From positions 1-44,272 of IMG/VR virus record IMGVR_UViG_3300049023_000021: 44,272 nt of DNA. One strand, written 5' to 3'. The translations under genes and the position numbers were made by a program. Each line of letters starts with the position of its first letter. The first letter of the stretch is position 1. Under the pieces are notes generated by a model. The model ran no database searches. It had not been told where the DNA came from and saw nothing but the letters and a program-made list of their open reading frames with translations. The stretch comes from a virus. Its lineage: Duplodnaviria > Caudoviricetes. Shown piece by piece: positions 8,366 to 17,500 of this stretch.

Positions 8366-10383
8366 TTAACTTTTTCGATGAACCGTTAGTTGCCCGCAAG
8401 GACGCACGGTTGCGCCCGCCGCCGACCGTGCCCGAAACCGGTTGGCGACCAACTCCCCCGAGCGAATGGCCGAACCTTTCCGCCGCTCGCTATATCGGGC
8501 TTGATACAGAAACCTACGACCCCAGGATTGACGACAACGGGCCGGGTTGGGGTCGCGGTGACGGTCATATTGTGGGCATATCAATTGCGGCTGAAGATCA
8601 TTCCGGTAACCGGGGCGCGTGGTATTTTCCTATGCGTCATATCCTGCAACCGGAAATGAACCACGACCCGCAACAGGTGCTTGCGTTCGCGCGGTACTGG
8701 TTAGGGATGCCGACCGACAAAATCGGCGCGAACCTGACCTATGATATTGGGTGGTTAGCTGAAGAAAACGTGAAGGTCAGCGGGCGCCTTTTCGACGTGC
8801 AGTTTGCCGAAGCGTTGATTGACAACGAAGCCGAAGTTGCCCTAGACGTTTTGGCGCGCAAGTATCTGCATTCGCAGAAGGTAACCGACGCGCTTTATCA
8901 GTGGATCGCGGAAGCCTACCCAAACACCCCGCCGACTAAGCGCCGTAAAGAAATTCACCGCTCACCCGTTACGCTGGTCGGCCCGTATGCGATAGCCGAC
9001 GCGTTCTTGCCGCTGGAAATCTATCAACAGCAACAGCACATTCTGTACGGCGAGGGGCTTGATTACATTTTCCGTCTTGAGTGCGATCTAATCCCGCTCA
9101 TGGTCGCCATGCGGAAACGCGGCGTGCGGGTCAATCTCGACAAGGCGCACAAGCTTTATGACGAACTGAGCGGCGAAACGTTGCAGCTTTACCAGAAGGT
9201 GCGCGACGACTACGGTTACGATCTGGCTTCGACGGATAGCCGACAACTTGGCCCGTTCTTCGCGTCGCTAGGCGTCCAGGTTCCGCGCACCGACGCCGGT
9301 AACTATTCAGTTCAGAAAGAATGGTTAAGCGGCTTGACACACCCCGCCGGTCTGCTCGTCAACGACATACGCGAGCACGAAAAGATTTGCGGCACGTTCA
9401 TTAAGTCGTATATCTTCGGTCAGAATATCGGCGGTCGGCTCTTCCCACAATTCCACCAATTGAAAGGCGACGAAAACGGAACCAAGGTCGGGCGGTTCGC
9501 TTCATCCGATCCGAACTTGCAGAATATCCCGAGCCGAACGAAGCTAGGCAAGCGCGTGCGCGAGTGCTTCGAACACGACCTAGGCCACTTCGCGTGGCGC
9601 AAGCTCGACTATTCACAAATTCATTATCGGCTGCTCGCGCACTTCGCCGTTGACAAGGGCGACGGTTCCGCCGACGAGCTACGCGCGTCATATATCAACG
9701 ATCCTAAGACCGATTACCATATGGCGGTTTATAAACGCGTGGCGCCGTTTATGGGCTGGTCGTTGACTGACGAGGAAGAGATAAAGGTTAAGCGCCGTCC
9801 GATTAAGAACGTGAACTTCGGCCTGCTTTACGGTCAGTCGGAACCGGCCCTAGCGTTCAAATCGGGCATGACGCTAGATCAGGCTAAGCAGTTCTTTGCA
9901 AGCTATCACAAGGGCGCCCCTTACGTCAAAGCCACCATGGAAGCCATCGGCCAAGAGGTGCAGGCTTTCGGCTACGTTACAACGATTTGCGGTCGCCGCA
10001 TCCGGTTTCACGAGTGGGAACCGATCAAACGGAATTACGACAACCCCGAAAAGCCGCTTCCGTACAATGCCGCAATTTCGAAATGGGGCGCTCAGATTAG
10101 GCGCGCGTTTGAGTATCGCGGCGTTAATTACAAATTCCAGGGAAGTGAGCCGGATATCATGAAAACCGGTATGCGTCAGCTTTGGCAATCCGGCGTGTTC
10201 GATTACGTCGGCGTACCACTAATCACGGTTCACGATGAACTTGATTTTTCGGTTCCAGATGATAGCCCCACAACGCGCGAGGCTTTCCGGTTCATTCAAC
10301 AGACGATGCAGAACGCCGTTAAGCTCCGCATCCCGGTATTTGTTGACGAGAGCAACGGCCCGTCATGGGGCAAGGCCGACTAA
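8362..10383 (+). CDS. polA: DNA polymerase family A with 3'-5' exonuclease
   Basis: LDTET, NLTYD, YAIAD exonuclease motifs; GRFASSDPNLQNIP, DYSQIHYR, KNVNFGLLYG, TVHDEL. Confidence 0.95.
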   Translation: MINFFDEPLVARKDARLRPPPTVPETGWRPTPPSEWPNLSAARYIGLDTETYDPRIDDNGPGWGRGDGHIVGISIAAEDHSGNRGAWYFPMRHILQPEMNHDPQQVLAFARYWLGMPTDKIGANLTYDIGWLAEENVKVSGRLFDVQFAEALIDNEAEVALDVLARKYLHSQKVTDALYQWIAEAYPNTPPTKRRKEIHRSPVTLVGPYAIADAFLPLEIYQQQQHILYGEGLDYIFRLECDLIPLMVAMRKRGVRVNLDKAHKLYDELSGETLQLYQKVRDDYGYDLASTDSRQLGPFFASLGVQVPRTDAGNYSVQKEWLSGLTHPAGLLVNDIREHEKICGTFIKSYIFGQNIGGRLFPQFHQLKGDENGTKVGRFASSDPNLQNIPSRTKLGKRVRECFEHDLGHFAWRKLDYSQIHYRLLAHFAVDKGDGSADELRASYINDPKTDYHMAVYKRVAPFMGWSLTDEEEIKVKRRPIKNVNFGLLYGQSEPALAFKSGMTLDQAKQFFASYHKGAPYVKATMEAIGQEVQAFGYVTTICGRRIRFHEWEPIKRNYDNPEKPLPYNAAISKWGAQIRRAFEYRGVNYKFQGSEPDIMKTGMRQLWQSGVFDYVGVPLITVHDELDFSVPDDSPTTREAFRFIQQTMQNAVKLRIPVFVDESNGPSWGKAD

Positions 10384-10413
10384 ACAAAAAGAACCCCGAC
10401 CGAGGCCGGGGCT
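10384..10413 (-). terminator. intrinsic terminator at the convergence of the two arms
   Basis: Minus strand AGCCCCGGC-CTCG-GTCGGGGTT followed by CTTTTTG. Confidence 0.85.
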
Positions 10414-10469
10414 AAGCTTGTCATGATTGGGAGGAAACTACCCCTTGCGGGTTCGGTGCTTGCTAAAGC
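10384..10469 (-). ncRNA. candidate ~85-nt small regulatory RNA with anti-SD motif
   Basis: Own promoter and terminator, no plausible ORF between them, UUUCCUCCCAA between hairpins. Confidence 0.6.
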
Positions 10470-10475
10470 AGGATC

Positions 10476-10504
10476 ACCATAGGCGCCCCGCCTGAGCTTG
10501 TCAA
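10476..10504 (-). promoter_or_regulatory. sigma70-like promoter of the candidate sRNA
   Basis: TTGACA (10504-10499), 17-nt spacer, TATGGT (10481-10476). Confidence 0.7.
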
Positions 10505-11022
10505 GCCGGGGTGCCGGTCACCCGCAGCGTGAAGGGGTCGGATGCAGCCGAAGCCGCTGCGGCGCTGATCGTGCGGCGTATCCAGATCGCTTGAACCTCC
10601 CCAGCGTCGAGCGTGCCGATAGCCAGGGCCGACCCGCTATCCGACGGCGTGCTGAAGGTGACCCCAGCGGGCGCCGTGTTTTCGTTGGCCGGGGTGGCGG
10701 CGACGCCGGTAGTCGAGCCGTTGCCGATCCCGGCGGGGTCCAGGCCGATAGCAATAGCACTGTCACCCGACGGCGTGTTGCTTTGAATGAAGACAGCCGC
10801 CGCGTTGAGCGTGTCTGTTGCGTTTTCGTTGCTCAGATAGATACAACGGTACTCAACGTCGCCCGCGACCGCTTCGGCGTCGCTCACGTTGTCGAAAAGA
10901 TTGTTCATTACGGTAGTCGAAACTTCCGACGACGAAATGATACCACCGATTGAGTTATTCGGGTTGGAGTTGGAAGCACCGCCCGAGAGGAAGATTTTCA
11001 AGTCACTTGCGACGACGGCCAT
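10501..11022 (-). CDS. virion structural protein, putative fibre subunit
   Basis: 173 aa, Ala/Gly/Ser/Thr-rich, NNLFDNVS...EYRCIY...AIWIRR; last gene of the tail module with AGGTG RBS. Confidence 0.65.
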   Translation of the reverse strand: MAVVASDLKIFLSGGASNSNPNNSIGGIISSSEVSTTVMNNLFDNVSDAEAVAGDVEYRCIYLSNENATDTLNAAAVFIQSNTPSGDSAIAIGLDPAGIGNGSTTGVAATPANENTAPAGVTFSTPSDSGSALAIGTLDAGEVQAIWIRRTISAAAASAASDPFTLRVTGTPA

Positions 11023-11036
11023 GTTGCACCTATCTG

Positions 11037-13379
11037 TTAGGGGTTTAGTTCATAGTCAAAGGCGAAATCGGTTACAATGTCAAGCGGACCCTTGATGTAA
11101 ACGGGCCGCTCTTCTGAAAAAGACGACTGTTGACGCAACGCGCTAAGCTGCGTCGCCGCCGTGTATCCGCTTTCCATTCGGAAGCCGAAGAACGTAACGG
11201 TAGCGGAACCCAAAGCAGCAGTTGGTGGTATTTCTGATGCAAGAGTGCTGAAGCCTACACCGCTCCCGCTTGTGGGGTCACCATATGCACCGCTCCCGAG
11301 AAAATGGGTAACGTCGTCGCTGTCAGTAAGGTAGACGCCGAACGTGTGCAAGTCGCTGGTAATGTCGGGGTTCCAGTCTTCAGGGAAACTAGCATCGGCA
11401 AGCAACGTAATGTCGCGGCTGCGTTGACGATGTTCGGCGCGGAAGTTCACGATTTCCCCAGGCTCGACAACGGCGGTTGTATCCAATAGGTTGATCTTGA
11501 CATTCTTCGGCGCGTAAATCGCGTTCGTTCGCTTGTCGGGCGTGTATTCCATTTCAAGGGCAGTTTTACCCAACCCCCGGTGTGAGCGGCTGTAAAGCGA
11601 GAACGTAACCGGGTCTTCGTAATCGTACACGATGTAAGGTAGAACACGTTCAGCGCGGAAATCTGCGATAACAAGGTCTTCGTCAACGTCGTGGTAGCTC
11701 AACGTTGTGTCAAGCATCGCACGATGCACATTCAATAGATCGTATGTGCCGTCGCCGTTATCAACAAACTCTTCGTAGCCCATGATTTCGTAAGGTGTGA
11801 TGATAAGCCGGTTACCTTCGTAAACCCCGATCAAGCCTTGGTTAACTAGCAGATCGGGGTTCACAACGTCCTTAATCGTGACGCGCGGCGTGATGTAGTC
11901 GGAAACGTTAGCATAAGGCTTAATCGGTTTCGCAAACTTCGCGTGCAGCGCATACGGCATGTCGATCTGTACCCGCGCGTCGGTGTCGGTCAGGTGCGCG
12001 TTCGTGAATAGCTGGTACTGGTTCGCCGGGCGCGGGAACACCATAGGAAACGAGGTGTTATCGACCGCTTCAAGCGACTGTTCGTAGCCCGAGTTCGCGA
12101 GATACCAGAACGGCGCGCTGATAACGAAACCAGGAACCGGCGGCACCGGGTTAAGGTTCACAACGACATGCTCAGATGGTTCCGGCACGGCGAAGAAGTC
12201 GTTGACCTGAACGTTTTCGTATTGCTGACAAGTCAACATAACGTAGTTCGACGTTGACCCTTGTTCCGCGATCTTCGAAGCAAACAGCGGGAAGTTCGAA
12301 AGCCCGTATTCAGGCCACGAGATAAGGAAGGGTTCGCCGGGCAGAATATCAGCGGCTTCGCGGTTGCCCTGAAGCGTGAACCCTAGGCGGGGCGACCCTT
12401 CGTAGGTCATGAACAGTTGCAGCACCGCCGCCGCCCCGGCCTGCGTCTTGACGGTTGACAAGCTGTTATCACTTACCCGGCGGCTGCGGTCATTGGTCGG
12501 GGTAATCGCCGGGTTGGGTGACGAAACAAATTCGTCGGCGTAGTCGTTCGCGCGGTTTTCGAAGCTCACTTTGTAGTGTGTGGGGAAATCCAACCACCCC
12601 GACTTTTCCATGCGCTGAACGGCGGTCAAGTTGGTGTTGTCGAGTGACACGGCGGCGCCTTCGTCAAACGCAGTTGACCGCAGCGCCTTCGCCCGTATCT
12701 TGCCCGTGTCAGGGTCAACGTAAAGAATGCTGCGTGTCTGCGTCTGGAAACTGTTAAGCAGGCTCACGCCGAAGTTCTCGTTGTAGCTCGCAATCCCGGC
12801 GCCTAGGCCGTCGGCGGCGTACTGAGCGGCGGCGGTCACGAGGCTGTCAAAGTCGAGCAATTCAGCGGCGACGCCGATAGCGCCCCAATCATTCAAGATA
12901 ACGTCGGCCATCGCTTCCGACGGGTTCAAGTCTTCGCCAATCAAGCGATCCGAACCTAGGTCAAGGTAATCCGTAAGGCGCTCGACTTCGAACGAATAGC
13001 CAGCACCCGACAACACCGACGCGTCAACGCCCTTGAAAATGATATAAGCGAAGCCAACGTAGCCGGGCAAATTACCGGCTGCGACGAACTGAGCAAGATA
13101 TGGGTCGGGTGTCTGATCGAACTCGCCGGAATGATAGATAAACCCGGAACCGAGCGCCGGAACGTTTTCCGTATTCGCGACTTCGTGTCGCCCGACCCCG
13201 AGCGCCCCCGACCACACCGCATCCTTGCCGACATAGATTTTCCGCAGCGTCACCCCAGGACCGAGGCAAATGCACATTGCCGCGTCAACGCGGTAGCCGA
13301 CGACCTTGCGCGTTACCTTGGTTGTCGTAATGTACTGATATTCGGTGTAGACGTTACCGAAGGTGATAAAGTCGGCCAT
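11037..13379 (-). CDS. tail tip / central tail hub protein
   Basis: 780 aa; VVGYR..., HSGEFDQTPDPYL, LPGYVGFAYIIF, YVDPDTGKI, ILPGEPFLISWPEYG, LLNVHRAMLDT; synteny. Confidence 0.82.
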   Translation of the reverse strand: MADFITFGNVYTEYQYITTTKVTRKVVGYRVDAAMCICLGPGVTLRKIYVGKDAVWSGALGVGRHEVANTENVPALGSGFIYHSGEFDQTPDPYLAQFVAAGNLPGYVGFAYIIFKGVDASVLSGAGYSFEVERLTDYLDLGSDRLIGEDLNPSEAMADVILNDWGAIGVAAELLDFDSLVTAAAQYAADGLGAGIASYNENFGVSLLNSFQTQTRSILYVDPDTGKIRAKALRSTAFDEGAAVSLDNTNLTAVQRMEKSGWLDFPTHYKVSFENRANDYADEFVSSPNPAITPTNDRSRRVSDNSLSTVKTQAGAAAVLQLFMTYEGSPRLGFTLQGNREAADILPGEPFLISWPEYGLSNFPLFASKIAEQGSTSNYVMLTCQQYENVQVNDFFAVPEPSEHVVVNLNPVPPVPGFVISAPFWYLANSGYEQSLEAVDNTSFPMVFPRPANQYQLFTNAHLTDTDARVQIDMPYALHAKFAKPIKPYANVSDYITPRVTIKDVVNPDLLVNQGLIGVYEGNRLIITPYEIMGYEEFVDNGDGTYDLLNVHRAMLDTTLSYHDVDEDLVIADFRAERVLPYIVYDYEDPVTFSLYSRSHRGLGKTALEMEYTPDKRTNAIYAPKNVKINLLDTTAVVEPGEIVNFRAEHRQRSRDITLLADASFPEDWNPDITSDLHTFGVYLTDSDDVTHFLGSGAYGDPTSGSGVGFSTLASEIPPTAALGSATVTFFGFRMESGYTAATQLSALRQQSSFSEERPVYIKGPLDIVTDFAFDYELNP

Positions 13380-13660
13380 TAGTAATCTATCCCCTTCGTC
13401 TTGACTGTCTCGGTCGTAGTCTCAACGGTTTCTTCAATGATGTTCTGAATATTCCCGTACCAGATAAAGTTAGGCTGTACTACGCGAACCCTGCCCACAA
13501 TATACGGAACGGGCGTGTCAAGTCGCGCGGTCGGCAAAGACAAGTCGGGCCGGTCGGTGTTAGTCGTGACGATGCGGCGGTTAATCTCGCGATCTTTCAC
13601 GTTGCCGGGAAACGTGTCTTTGTGTTTGACTTCGCTTATGAAGCCTACGTGTTGAGCCAT
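13379..13660 (-). CDS. small tail assembly protein
   Basis: LPTARLDTPVPYIVGRVRVVQPNFIWYG pattern typical of the peptide preceding siphophage tail-tip genes. Confidence 0.72.
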   Translation of the reverse strand: MAQHVGFISEVKHKDTFPGNVKDREINRRIVTTNTDRPDLSLPTARLDTPVPYIVGRVRVVQPNFIWYGNIQNIIEETVETTTETVKTKGIDY

Positions 13661-13661
13661 G

Positions 13662-14540
13662 TTAACCCCCGCTCAGAAAACCGCTAAATACGTTTGGTTC
13701 GCGCGGTGTTGCGCGTGACCGTGTTTCGCTGAACGAATTGACAATCGCCAAATCAGGCAACGCCGGGTTTTCCGTCGGTATGGTCGGAAAGCCCGAGTAG
13801 TTCGCAACGTTGTCGAAAACCGAAACGCATGTTGACCGCAGATAGTCGCAACCGCGCGTAATGGTCGCCGTGTCGTAATCAGCCGCCTTGATGAAAGGGT
13901 AAGCGATGCTGATAACGTTCGACACGTTGTTGACAATCACGCGTTCTTCGTTGCCGATCCGAATACGCCCGTTCTTCAGCGCGCCGTCGGCGTGCGCGTC
14001 ATCGTCAACAGTTACGGTCGTTTCGGTAGTCGAGACGATGCCGGTAACGTGCCGGTAGTCCAGGGGGTCAAGCTTACACCGCTGGTCAAACAACTCGTTA
14101 TTGCACATATTCTGATAATAGACCGACGCGACCTTACGGGTTAACTGCGTCTGAATTGCCGACTTCGTTTCGAGTGTATAAGTCTCATTCTTGACGCTAT
14201 GGCCCGTAACGGTCCCGAGCACCCGGCGCTTGTAGCCTTCAGCCCCAACATGGAACCGGAACACCTCAACCGTCATGTCAGGCGGTGAAAGCGACCGGCC
14301 ATTGTCTTCGAATATCTTTGCGCTTGTGGGCACGTCGAAGTTAACCGTTTGTATGCTGGTCGTGATCGCGCTTACCTCAGTAACCCCGCGCGTGATCTGA
14401 AGCGGCTCGTAAACCTGACCCTCAAACGTAACGGGGTCTTTAAGGTTGGTGTAATAGTACGACCCGAGCACCCCAACGAACTTAAAAAGCTCGTAGGGTG
14501 CCCCGAGTGCCGCCGACTTATCGTAAACGGTGTATGTCAC
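13662..14540 (-). CDS. tail tip assembly / hub protein (DUF2163/BR0599-like)
   Basis: PYELFKF, YQNMCNNELFDQRCKL, GCDYLRSTC...FDNVANYSGFPTIP conserved Cys pattern. Confidence 0.82.
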   Translation of the reverse strand: MTYTVYDKSAALGAPYELFKFVGVLGSYYYTNLKDPVTFEGQVYEPLQITRGVTEVSAITTSIQTVNFDVPTSAKIFEDNGRSLSPPDMTVEVFRFHVGAEGYKRRVLGTVTGHSVKNETYTLETKSAIQTQLTRKVASVYYQNMCNNELFDQRCKLDPLDYRHVTGIVSTTETTVTVDDDAHADGALKNGRIRIGNEERVIVNNVSNVISIAYPFIKAADYDTATITRGCDYLRSTCVSVFDNVANYSGFPTIPTENPALPDLAIVNSFSETRSRATPREPNVFSGFLSGG

Positions 14541-17500
14541 GCGTCAACGCTCCTAACCGAGATATTGAACTTTGTTTTCAGTTGCTCGTGCGTGACCGTT
14601 ATAACGTCGCCGTTGAGGCGCACGAGAACCAGGAAAGAAACACGCGAGATATTCGCGCTAGCATACCCCGTATCAAGGGTCAGACGCAAGCCCCCCGCAA
14701 TCTCTGCGACGCCGGTTACGACATGCCGGGAAACCACGCCCCCGGCTTCGATTTCGATACGCTTAAAGGCGTTCTGGTCGAACTTGTTCAGATACGCCCG
14801 CCCGATGATATCCAGCGTTGTGCCCGGCGAGTTCACGCCCGGTTCCAAGTCCTGACGATAGGTCGAAATCAGGAAGGGCGACCGCTTGCCCTTCATTGCG
14901 TCGGCAAGCCCGCGCCAACGATCCATGAGCGGGCCGTTTCGGTCGATGCGATACGAGCGAACACCGCCGACAAATGTTCCGGCGTATGGGCTGAAGATCG
15001 CCCGGCGAACGTCGGCGGCGTCGTCCAGGGAAATCAGCCCCCCGTCGAACGCGTCGGTTATCCCCTCTTCGGCCAAATGGCGCTGATCTAGGACCGGGAA
15101 GCCATCGAAGGCCGTCAAGGTGTCCGAAGCCGCTGGACGGACCAGGGCGCGGCGGTTCTCGACGGCCTGAAGGCTGACCGAGACGGAACCCCCGAGCGCG
15201 CGCATGTTCAGCCCTGCCCCGGTGTCTGCGGTCATTTCGAGGGCGGGCATGACCCATGATCCCGCCGGAAGATCGAACGCAGCCCCAAAGGCGAACTGCA
15301 ACGAGTTGGTGCCCACAATCTGCGCAATCTCAAACGCGCCGGTCTCGCCGTCGGGGGTCATGTAGTAAACAAAGTCACCGCTACGAATATCGGTGCGCTC
15401 GTCATTGTATGCCAAGTTCACCCCGCCACTCAACACGGGCGCCGTGATCTGAACGCCGTAAGCGTAAAGCGGAACCAAGAAAACGCCCTTCATCTGCGTA
15501 TGCAGAAAATCGAACATCAAGCGGCGTTCGGCTTCGGTTGTCACCGTGTAAGTGTAGTCGAGCGAAAGACGCGGTTCACGGCGAAGTGCCGACCGCTGTT
15601 CGCTTCCGTCACGCGAGACCGCTACGCTTGTCAGGTACTCCCAACGCTCAGTAATCGGCGTTTCGGGAACCAGGGTAAAGCCGGAAAGCGGAACCGAGTT
15701 GATAAGGTAGCTAAAGGTAAAGTTCGTCGCAACTTCGACCGTCGCAATGCGGTAATCAAAGCTGTAATCAACGCTAAACCCAAAGCCGTAATCAAAATCA
15801 AAGTCGGTGCCAAGCTGCACGGCGTAGCTGAAGCTAAACGCCTTACCAAGCTGATACCCGTAATCAAAGTCAAAGTCGGCGGTGATTACGTATTGATAGT
15901 CAAACGAGAACGCTGCCCCTAGCTGAATAGCGTAGTCACTTGAGAAAATCGCCGCGACTGCATACTTGTAGTCAAACGTAAAATCGGCGGTGATCTGATA
16001 AGCGTAATCGAAAGTGAACGATGACCCCAGGTCAACAGCGTAGTCAAACGCAAAGTCGGCCCTGAGAACGTCGTTTAGGATATATTCGAACGTGTAAGAC
16101 CGGCCCAGGTCAATAGCGCTGTCAAAGGTGAAAGACTGCGCAATGCTGTATCCGTAATCAAAGTCGAACGACCGGCCCAGGTCAAGCGCGTAATCAAAGC
16201 CAAAGGTCGCAGCAAGAGCCGACGCATAATCGAAGCTGAACGACTGACCAAGCTGGATAACAAAGTCAAAGCTGAACTGCGTCGCGATGTTGTAGGCGTA
16301 ATCAAAGCTCGCGCTCTTGCCAAGCTGGATAGCGTAATCAAACGAAAAATCTTCGTCAATCGGCGGCGCGGTCGTTTCGCTGACAGTATAGAACCCGGTT
16401 GGGTTTTCGATATTGCTGCTTTCAGCCAAAAGCCAGTTAGCCGAAAGCTCGCCGTTGCGCAAGTAAACGTAATTGATGGAACCAAAAATAACTTCGCCTA
16501 CGGTTTCATCTTCCGCACCAATGTAAAGCGAGGGAACCGCCGCCGACTTGGTGGCCGGGCGCTGAGCGCAACCGGTATCAGTGGCCGACAACACACCGTT
16601 GACCCAAATCTTACGGTTAGTCGTTCCGCTTTGCGTGTGGTGCAGGCGGCGGCGTGTTCCGATGGCCGGGGCGGAACCTGTCGCCATAAGCCAAGTGTCG
16701 GTGCTATTCCAAATCCCGTATTGGCTGACCGACCCGCGAAGTACGAGCGACGCGCGAAAGTTGTTCGAAGTGTCGATAGGCGTGTAAGACAGAATTGCGC
16801 CGTTGCTCGAAACGTTGTTAGGAACGTTCGAAGCGCCCATTGTCCAGGTCGTGCGGTAGGGGAAACCGTCTGCACGAGCGTAGCCCGCGCCGTTCAGGTT
16901 GAGCCAACCAGGGAGACCCGTAATACCGTCCGACGGCGAAAACGTATAGGCTGCGGAAAGCCCTGACGAATTGTCGAACAAAATAATGAAGTTGCCCGAA
17001 CCAATGTGGGCAATACCTTCCATAAACCCCGGAATATCACCTTGCCATTCAAGCGTGCGCGTAACGCCGTTAAGCGTTAGTTTGTACAAAACTTGACTGT
17101 CGCAGGTAATCCAGTAATGGTTATTGTAGTATTCAATACCCTGTTTCTTTTCGATGTTCGGGGTAGTGATGAAACCAAGGTAGTTAAACGACGTATCGTA
17201 TTTATGAAGCTTGTTAACCCCCGCCGGGGTAAAGTCGGTAATAACGAACCAATCATTGATAGGATCGTAACAAATACTCGAAACTTCGTGGCCTTGCGCC
17301 GAAATGTCGTAAGTGGTTACAAGCGTCATAGTCGCGGGGTCAATCACCGCAACGTGCTGGTTATCGTAAGGGCTGTTCGGGTACGTCTCGTACACGACGT
17401 ACAAATTGCCGTCGTAAATAGTGCCGTCGCCAAAGTGGTTTACGTCGGGCGTGCCGATACTTGACAGCAAGAACGGCGAACCTACTGCAACCCACGACGT

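Noticed and set aside
8362-10383. DpoZ / Z-genome (2-aminoadenine) system
   Set aside because: No PurZ, dATPase or MazZ-like gene recognisable in the window.
10412-10503. 12-bp near-direct repeat CT(A/G)AGCTTGTCA as an att site or target-site duplication, and a 19-aa + strand ORF between the copies
   Set aside because: No integrase or transposase; the short ORF lacks an RBS; the region is better explained by the promoter-sRNA-terminator unit.
15698-16360. DGR template/variable repeat or CRISPR-like DNA repeat
   Set aside because: No reverse transcriptase; similarity is at peptide level, in frame, with diverged codons.
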